From NCBI GenBank assembly GCA_027064165.1, contig JAMOQE010000045.1, forward strand, positions 8,504 through 72,503: a DNA stretch of 64,000 nucleotides, read 5' to 3'. Under the pieces are notes generated by a model, which was not told where the DNA came from, made no database searches, and saw nothing but the letters and a program-made list of their open reading frames with translations. This document shows positions 58,283-64,000 of this stretch, in pieces. This DNA is from Thermodesulfatator sp. (lineage in GTDB: Bacteria > Desulfobacterota > Thermodesulfobacteria > Thermodesulfobacteriales > Thermodesulfobacteriaceae). The position numbers and the translations under genes were made by a program. Each line of letters opens with the position of its first letter. Positions within the stretch are counted from its first letter, which is position 1.

Positions 58283-59014
58283 TCAAAATAAAAAGTCCTC
58301 GGACAGCACCCTGTCTCTGATACACTTTAAACTAATTTCAAGTAAATTTTCATCAGACAGCCCTGTTATATCCTCGGGCTTTATTATATCAATCTCTCCA
58401 GTTTGAATATACTCTCTCAGCCGCGGAAGATCATAGGCAAGAATAAAAATAAGTTCAAGTACATCTCCTGTAAGGGGAGTATCTGCCTTCTGTTGTCTTT
58501 TATGAACAATTTCTGCCCAGATATCATTATAATAGTTATACTCTTCAAGGCCCTGTTCTTTCATATAATCCTTTATTTTTATGCGTCTGTCCTCAAAATG
58601 CCCTTTACAATGAGTTTCTCTTATAATCTTAAAAATTTCTTCCTTTTCTCCTTTTTCATTCCATATCACATACCTGGCAAGAGGATAAAGTCTACAGGAG
58701 GAGGGGCGATGGGGATATACCCTGCACCCCTCCTTTTCATCCAGAAAAGGACAGGCAAGAGAATAAGGTTCTACATTTATAGAAATAACAGGAAGTTGAG
58801 TTACCTCTCCAAAATAAACCTCTCCATACTTTTCAATAAACTCCTCCACTCCAAGATTCAATGCCTTCCTGAGCCTCAAAAAATCATAAGGAGTAAGAAC
58901 GAGTTTTACATCATAACAACACCGATTAAAACAGGAAATCCCTTTATAACAACGAAACTTTATCTCATCCTCCAGGGTGTAATCCTTTCTATCAAAGACA
59001 AAATTATACATCAT
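58283..59014 (-). CDS. YkgJ-family Cys-cluster protein (UPF0153, putative Zn/Fe chelating)
   Basis: FRCYKGISCFNRCC...LTPYD and ACPFLDEKEGCRVY..RPSSCRLYP Cys motifs. The ATG overlaps the fbp stop (ATGA). Confidence 0.7.
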   Translation of the reverse strand: MMYNFVFDRKDYTLEDEIKFRCYKGISCFNRCCYDVKLVLTPYDFLRLRKALNLGVEEFIEKYGEVYFGEVTQLPVISINVEPYSLACPFLDEKEGCRVYPHRPSSCRLYPLARYVIWNEKGEKEEIFKIIRETHCKGHFEDRRIKIKDYMKEQGLEEYNYYNDIWAEIVHKRQQKADTPLTGDVLELIFILAYDLPRLREYIQTGEIDIIKPEDITGLSDENLLEISLKCIRDRVLSEDFLF

Positions 59015-60150
59015 TCTGCAACCTCTTCGTCTATAGAAAATTTTGGCCTTTCAGGTTCAACGAGCTTAAATCTATCCTTAAGTTTTTTGAGAACCTGAGG
59101 CAAGGTGGTGTATTCCATTTCCTCGGGAGGCAATCTGTGAGGCTCAAAGATACCCTGTCTCCTCAGGTGATTTGCCATAATTGCACACTCCTGTCTTGCA
59201 TGATCAAAGGCTGGATCGTCAAAGAGATCAGAAGGCCCGATGAGTTTTCCATCAGTAATCTGATATCCAGCCGCAATTACCCTGGGTGGCCCGTCAAAAC
59301 GGGTTGGTTTTGCCTGTTTAAAAGACACCGGCATAAGAGGCCCTGTATGAGACCCCCTCATCCATCCTTCTACAAGCCACGGTCTGGCAAAGGGCTCCAA
59401 AATCTCTCCTACTGCTGGGAAACCACTCTGCGCCCTTACAATAAGAACAGGATCATCTTTTCCTACATATCTTCCTGCCATAAGCGAAAGCTTCTGAGTA
59501 GAAGCTGCGGCTGCTATTTCTCCATCAGACTTTCTATAAACGCTTCTTACCACATATCTGCTTGTCGCTCCAATAAACACCAGAAGGTCATAAAGTTCTT
59601 CAGGTGTCTGTAAAGTAATGGCTTCCCCACTATACACATCCATTACCTCAAAAGTAAAGCCTTTATGCATGGAAGGATCTATTACAAGACCTGCGGTATT
59701 CATGGGATCAGCAAACATTTCATAAAGAGGAAGATTCCAGGCACTGGGAGAGGTCTTGTCTGCAAAAAAGACTATCACAGGTTCGCTTTTTCTCTCCTCA
59801 AACTCCATTTCAGCTACTCCAGGCCCCATACCCTTCACATTCCCGGAAAAAGCATCCGCAAGAAGATCCTGTCCTGCTCCATACATCTTCAGTTTCTTTG
59901 AAACCTCTGTGCCCTCCTTAAAAGCTGTCCATGCAAGCTCGTGTACCTCAGGAGCATCCACACCTTTGGTGTGAGTCATAACAAGGGCTATGTCATCTCC
60001 ACATACTAAAGTAGAAACGTCTCTAATAATGCCTTTATCCTTACCATCTTCTGCTACTTCTTTTACTTTCTCAAGCACCTCTTTATGAACAGAGGAATGT
60101 CCTACAAACCCACCTATATCAGCTTTGATAACCGATAGGGTTAACTTCAT
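59011..60150 (-). CDS. fbp: Bifunctional fructose-1,6-bisphosphate aldolase/phosphatase (class V FBPase)
   Basis: MKLTLSVIKADIGGFVGHS start and 379 aa length are typical of the archaeal/deep-branching-bacterial FBP aldolase/phosphatase. Confidence 0.9.
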   Translation of the reverse strand: MKLTLSVIKADIGGFVGHSSVHKEVLEKVKEVAEDGKDKGIIRDVSTLVCGDDIALVMTHTKGVDAPEVHELAWTAFKEGTEVSKKLKMYGAGQDLLADAFSGNVKGMGPGVAEMEFEERKSEPVIVFFADKTSPSAWNLPLYEMFADPMNTAGLVIDPSMHKGFTFEVMDVYSGEAITLQTPEELYDLLVFIGATSRYVVRSVYRKSDGEIAAAASTQKLSLMAGRYVGKDDPVLIVRAQSGFPAVGEILEPFARPWLVEGWMRGSHTGPLMPVSFKQAKPTRFDGPPRVIAAGYQITDGKLIGPSDLFDDPAFDHARQECAIMANHLRRQGIFEPHRLPPEEMEYTTLPQVLKKLKDRFKLVEPERPKFSIDEEVAE

Positions 60151-60244
60151 AAAACACCTCCTTTATAGAGATTTTTAAATTTTCCGAATATAATAAGTAA
60201 TTAAAAAAAATTATATCACAAAACGCAAAAAAAGTAAACTAAAA

Positions 60245-60547
60245 ATGGAAGAGAAAGAAAAAATAGCTGTTGCTTTACGATACGATGTAGATGATACTGC
60301 TCCTAAGGTAGTAGCTAAGGGAAGGGGGAAACTTGCAGAGGTTATATTGGAACTGGCAAGGGAATATGGAATTCCTATTAAGGAAGACTCAAAGCTTGTA
60401 AAAGAGCTCTACAAATTGGAAATAGAAAGTCCTATCCCAGAAGAGCTTTATTACAGTGTAGCGGCGGTTTTGGCCTGGGCATTTAAATTAAATCAAAAAT
60501 TAAAAGAAAAATTTTTGAAAAATCTGAAAACAAAAAAAAGTATCTAA
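60245..60547 (+). CDS. Stand-alone FlhB/EscU C-terminal-domain-like protein (YlqH-type)
   Basis: AVALRYD...APKVVAKGRG.LAE.I..LARE.GIPI.ED..L...LY......IPEELY..VA.VLAW matches the post-cleavage FlhB C-terminal subdomain. There is no NPTH site and no flagellar or T3SS neighbour. Confidence 0.7.
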   Translation: MEEKEKIAVALRYDVDDTAPKVVAKGRGKLAEVILELAREYGIPIKEDSKLVKELYKLEIESPIPEELYYSVAAVLAWAFKLNQKLKEKFLKNLKTKKSI

Positions 60548-60680
60548 AATCTTCCTCTCTTCCATCTTCGCCATTATTTTTTTCAAGAGGTATTAAAAAA
60601 ATTTTTAAAAAATTACTCTTGCTAATTTTAAAAAAATGTATAAAAATCAGGGAAAGATATCTCTGGGCAGGAGGTATTTT

Positions 60681-61112
60681 ATGGTGAAAATTCCGGAGGA
60701 TAGGTTTTATTCAGAACACCATCTTTGGGTAAAAAAGGAAAAGAAAAAATTTGCTCGTATAGGAATCACTGAGTACTTTACCTGGAAAAATACAGAAATT
60801 CTGGACATTGACTTACCCACAGAAGATGAGGAGTTTGAAAAAGGTGAAATTTTTGGCAGTGTGGAAACAGTAGATGAACTTTATGACCTTCCCATGCCTG
60901 TTTCAGGAAAAGTAGTAGCTGTAAATGAAAAGGTGCTAGAAGATGTAGAGATCCTTAATGAAGATCCTTATGAAGAAGGATGGCTTATTAAAGTGGAACT
61001 CTTTGAACCCGAGGAATTGGATGAGCTTCTGCCAGCAGAAGATTATGAAATGAACTTTGTGGATGAACTTGGAGAAGAACTGGATGAGAGCTTTCTGGAG
61101 GAGGAAGAATAA
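60681..61112 (+). CDS. GcvH-like protein lacking the lipoyl-lysine, with a polyacidic tail
   Basis: ATG 60681 is preceded by AGGAGG. The H-protein fold motifs are present (YSEHHLWV, IGITEY, PVSGKVVAVN, DPYEEGWL), but the ESVK lipoylation motif reads ETVD. The stop overlaps the fabD ATG (TAATG). Confidence 0.7.
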   Translation: MVKIPEDRFYSEHHLWVKKEKKKFARIGITEYFTWKNTEILDIDLPTEDEEFEKGEIFGSVETVDELYDLPMPVSGKVVAVNEKVLEDVEILNEDPYEEGWLIKVELFEPEELDELLPAEDYEMNFVDELGEELDESFLEEEE

Positions 61113-62062
61113 TGCTGGCTTTGGTCTTCCCTGGCCAGGGATCTCAATATCTTGGGATGGGAAAAGACTTTTTTGAAAACTGCAAGGAAGCAAAGGAACT
61201 TTTTGAGAGAGCTGAAGAAATATCGGGGATTTCTGTCAAAAAACTCTGTTTTGAAGGTCCGCTTTCTGAACTTACTAAAACCGAAAATCTCCAGGTCTGC
61301 CTTACTGTGGTGAACCTTGCCTGCTATCTTGCAGTGAAGAAATTTCTGAAGGAGCTTGGCATTCAGCCTGCCTTTGTAGCCGGACACAGCTTGGGAGAAT
61401 ACAGCGCACTTTTTGCTGCAGGGGTGCTTACCCTTGAAGAAGTGCTTCTTGCCGTTAAAAAAAGAGGAGAACTTATGGGTAAGGCAGGAGGAGATAAACC
61501 CTCTGCCATGTATGCCATTATAGGTTTTGATGAAAAAGAGCTTGAAAAGCTCGTTTCTTCTGCAAAAGGACTCGTGGTAATCTCCAACTACAATTCACCT
61601 GCCCAGCTGGTGATAAGCGGAGAGGTGCCTGCAGTGGATGAAGTAGCAGCACTTGCAAAAGAAAAAGGCGCAAGAAGAGTAGTAAAGTTAAAAGTAAGCG
61701 CTGGATTTCATAGCCCCCTTATGAAAGAGGCTGAAAAGGAGCTTGCCAGTTTGCTTGAAGGATTTAACTGGAAGGACGCAGTCACTCCTTTTGTAAGCAA
61801 TGTTAGCGGAACACCCGAAAAAGAGGCTATAAAAATAAAAGAACTTATGAAAAAACAAATAACTTCCCCTGTAAGATGGATTTCCTGCGTAAAAGAAATG
61901 GAAAAAGCTGGTGTCAAAACTTTTGTAGAACTTGGGCCTAAAAAAGTGCTCACAGGGCTTATAAAACAAATTCTTCCTGAAAAAAATATATCCCTCTATA
62001 ATGTTGAAAATTTAGAGACTTTGCAAAAATTTTCACAAATATTAAAAAATATCCAAAATTAG
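61112..62062 (+). CDS. fabD: Malonyl-CoA:ACP transacylase
   Basis: FPGQGSQ, GHSLGEYSAL and SAGFHSPLM motifs, 316 aa. Confidence 0.95.
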   Translation: MLALVFPGQGSQYLGMGKDFFENCKEAKELFERAEEISGISVKKLCFEGPLSELTKTENLQVCLTVVNLACYLAVKKFLKELGIQPAFVAGHSLGEYSALFAAGVLTLEEVLLAVKKRGELMGKAGGDKPSAMYAIIGFDEKELEKLVSSAKGLVVISNYNSPAQLVISGEVPAVDEVAALAKEKGARRVVKLKVSAGFHSPLMKEAEKELASLLEGFNWKDAVTPFVSNVSGTPEKEAIKIKELMKKQITSPVRWISCVKEMEKAGVKTFVELGPKKVLTGLIKQILPEKNISLYNVENLETLQKFSQILKNIQN

Positions 62063-62089
62063 CATAAAATTTTGTATTGTTAGTAAACC

Positions 62090-62314
62090 TTGGGGAGGAG
62101 GGAGAAAATTTTTGAAGTAAAAATAAGAGAAGAAAGGTGTAAAAGCTGTGGGCTTTGCGTACATTTCTGTCCTAAAAAGGTTCTTGACTTTTCTGAAAGG
62201 CGTAATGCACAGGGATACAGAGTAGTATATCCCAGGTTCCCCGAAAAGTGTACCTCCTGTGGAATATGTTATTTAGTGTGTCCAGATATAGTTTTTGTAA
62301 AAGAGGGTGAATAA
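62090..62314 (+). CDS. korD: 2-oxoacid:ferredoxin oxidoreductase delta (ferredoxin-like) subunit
   Basis: CKSCGLCVHFCP and CTSCGICYLVCP clusters. It lies directly upstream of the alpha subunit. The start codon is uncertain (TTG listed). Confidence 0.75.
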   Translation: MGRREKIFEVKIREERCKSCGLCVHFCPKKVLDFSERRNAQGYRVVYPRFPEKCTSCGICYLVCPDIVFVKEGE

Positions 62315-63405
62315 TGACGGCTAAAAAAAGAATACTTGTAAAGGGTGCTGAAGCCATTGCTTTGGGAGCCCTTAAAGCAGATGTGGATTGCTACTTTGGC
62401 TATCCCATTACCCCTCAAAGTGACATTCCAGAACTTATGGCAAGAGAACTTCCTAAGAGGGGAAAGGTTTTTCTTCAAGCAGAAAGTGAGCTTGCAGCAA
62501 TTAACATGGTACTTGGTGCTGCGGCAACGGGTAAAAGGGCTATGACCACCTCCTCAAGTCCCGGGATTTCCCTTATGGGAGAGGCTTTTTCCTATATAGC
62601 AGCCCTTGAGCTTCCTGCAGTGGTGGTCAATGTAATGAGAGGAGGGCCAGGCCTTGGAGGTATAGAAGTTTCTCAGGGAGATTACTTCCAGGCAGTAAAA
62701 GGTGGTGGGCATGGGGATTATCATCTGCTTGTACTTGCCCCCTGCAATGCTCAGGAGCAATATGAGTTTACTGCCAGAGCCTTTGAACTTGCAGAAAAGT
62801 ATAGAAATCCTGTAATGGTGCTTTCTGATGCTATTTTGGCCCAGATGAAAGAACCTCTTGAGTTAAAAAAGTTAAAAATCAAAAGATACTCTGTTGAGGA
62901 ATGGGCACTTACGGGAGCAAAGGGCAGGCCTTCCCGCTTTATAAGAAGCCTTTTTCTTGATGCAGAGGAACTTAAAGAAAAAAATCTTACTCTTCAAAAA
63001 AAATACAAAAAAATGGAAAAAGAAGCCAGGGCAGAGTTTATTATTGAGGGAGGGGAAGAGGTTATAGTAGTTGCCTTTGGGTCTATGGCGCGTCTGGCAA
63101 AAGAGGCCTGTGAAATTTTGAAACAAAAAGGCTATGCCGTGGGCATGATTCGTCCTATTACGCTCTTTCCCTTTCCAAAAAAGGCAATAGAAAAAGTGCT
63201 TGAAGCCTCTGCAGAGAGGCCTCCTGTTTTTATTGTGCCTGAACTCAATTGCGGACAGATGGTAGAGGATGTTAAACTCTGCGTTGAAGGACGGGCAAAA
63301 GTAATCTCTTTGCCCTACCCTCCAAGCGTTATACCCTTTCCTGAAGACTTAGAAAAGGAGATTAAAAAATGCCTGAAAAGTTCTTCCATCCGCCAAAGAG
63401 CTTAA
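62314..63405 (+). CDS. korA: 2-oxoacid (2-oxoglutarate-type):ferredoxin oxidoreductase alpha subunit
   Basis: KGAEAIALGAL.A..D.YFGYPITPQS start typical of KorA/VorA. The substrate assignment is not certain from sequence alone. Confidence 0.8.
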   Translation: MTAKKRILVKGAEAIALGALKADVDCYFGYPITPQSDIPELMARELPKRGKVFLQAESELAAINMVLGAAATGKRAMTTSSSPGISLMGEAFSYIAALELPAVVVNVMRGGPGLGGIEVSQGDYFQAVKGGGHGDYHLLVLAPCNAQEQYEFTARAFELAEKYRNPVMVLSDAILAQMKEPLELKKLKIKRYSVEEWALTGAKGRPSRFIRSLFLDAEELKEKNLTLQKKYKKMEKEARAEFIIEGGEEVIVVAFGSMARLAKEACEILKQKGYAVGMIRPITLFPFPKKAIEKVLEASAERPPVFIVPELNCGQMVEDVKLCVEGRAKVISLPYPPSVIPFPEDLEKEIKKCLKSSSIRQRA

Positions 63406-64000
63406 AAGATACTCCTTTTCACTATTGCCCTGGTTGTTCACATAGTATAGCACACAGGGTTCTTTGCGAAGTAATAGACGAACTTGGAATTCAGGAAAAG
63501 GCACTTGGAATTGCCTCCATAGGGTGCTCCTGCTTCCTTTATTTTTACATAGATGTGGACATAGTTGAGGCTCCTCATGGCAGGGCCTGTGCTGCTGCAA
63601 CCGGTGCCAAAAGAGCAAATCCAGACATGGTGGTTTTTACCTATCAGGGTGATGGAGACTTCGGAGCCATAGGATGGGGAGAGAGCTTTCACGCAGCCTT
63701 AAGAGGAGAGAAAATTACTGCAATAATGATGAACAATACCCTTTATGGAATGACAGGAGGACAGGCTTCTCCTACTACTATTCCGGAACAAAAAACCACC
63801 ACCACCCCTTTTGGGAAAGATCCTTCTGAGTCTGGTTATCCTTTAAGGGCAGCTGAAATCCTGGCAGGACTTGAGGGAGTGGCTTTTTCTGGAAGATTTG
63901 CCCTTAACAACCCTAAACGGATCCTTGAGACAAAAAAGGCAATAAAAAAGGCCTTTCTTGCCCAGATAAAAGGCCTTGGTTTTGGCTTTGTGGAAATTCT
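63369..64000 (+). CDS. korB: 2-oxoacid:ferredoxin oxidoreductase beta (TPP-binding) subunit, 3' end beyond the window
   Basis: Not in the ORF track because there is no stop before the window end. ATG 63369 gives MPEKFFHPPKSLKDTPFHYCPGCSHSIAHR...YQGDGDF.AIG...NN..YGMTGGQ, a typical beta subunit. It overlaps korA by 37 nt. Confidence 0.85.
   Translation, partial: MPEKFFHPPKSLKDTPFHYCPGCSHSIAHRVLCEVIDELGIQEKALGIASIGCSCFLYFYIDVDIVEAPHGRACAAATGAKRANPDMVVFTYQGDGDFGAIGWGESFHAALRGEKITAIMMNNTLYGMTGGQASPTTIPEQKTTTTPFGKDPSESGYPLRAAEILAGLEGVAFSGRFALNNPKRILETKKAIKKAFLAQIKGLGFGFVEI

Noticed and set aside
58403-59098. 231-aa plus-strand ORF antisense to the YkgJ-family gene
   Set aside because: It is a low-complexity Ile/Phe/Lys-rich translation opposite a gene with clear Cys-cluster motifs and has no RBS. 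It is a shadow ORF.
1-64000. Search for CRISPR arrays, tRNA/rRNA/tmRNA genes, IS elements with terminal inverted repeats, toxin-antitoxin pairs and known defence-system gene combinations
   Set aside because: Apart from the 434-nt (13530..13963) and 279-nt (46560..46838) spacers, no non-coding gap exceeds about 160 nt, and none of the gaps contains spaced direct repeats or tRNA-like T-arm sequences. The only mobile-element-like gene is the Rpn-like pseudogene, plus a housekeeping-type Xer recombinase. This was a visual scan only; tRNAscan-SE, cmscan and a defence-system finder should confirm it.

Overview
This 64 kb window is densely coding on both strands (about 60 genes). It is AT-rich, and the predicted proteins are Lys/Glu-rich, as in thermophiles.

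Gene content points to a diderm bacterium: Kdo transferase, heptose epimerase, Lnt, LolCDE-type genes, BamA and PilMNOPQ. It also carries dissimilatory sulfur metabolism: a complete dsrMKJOP, a DsrN-like amidase and a small ferredoxin. A Thermodesulfobacteriota- or Nitrospirota-like origin is only my inference.

Most of the window is core housekeeping:
- rph-rdgB-pgeF-waaA
- lctP, hldD, corC-lnt
- a NikK-M-L-Q-O type ECF nickel/cobalt transporter
- trmFO, coaD
- nrdR-pyrF
- xseA-xseB-ispA-dxs-relA
- rpmB, lysS, an XerC/D-family recombinase, cspA, aroC, ispD
- aconitase, mltB, an M24 peptidase, pyrG
- FBP aldolase/phosphatase, fabD, korDAB

I found no rRNA, tRNA, CRISPR array, prophage or recognisable defence island, and no convincing multi-gene novel system. 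The best leads are single genes or small sequence features:
1. A secreted protein built from about 19 'WPF' repeats, translationally coupled to coaD.
2. A GcvH-like protein whose lipoyl-lysine is replaced by Asp, coupled to fabD.
3. An uncharacterised protein with RNase H-like motifs, coupled to pyrG.
4. An amber-interrupted Rpn-like nuclease gene sitting inside the nickel transporter operon.
5. A 434-nt spacer that is unusually open in both strands.
6. A perfect 19-bp tandem duplication at the lolD/bamA junction.
7. A perfect 10-bp hairpin between dsrP and dsrN.

All family assignments come from reading motifs by eye. No database search was run.
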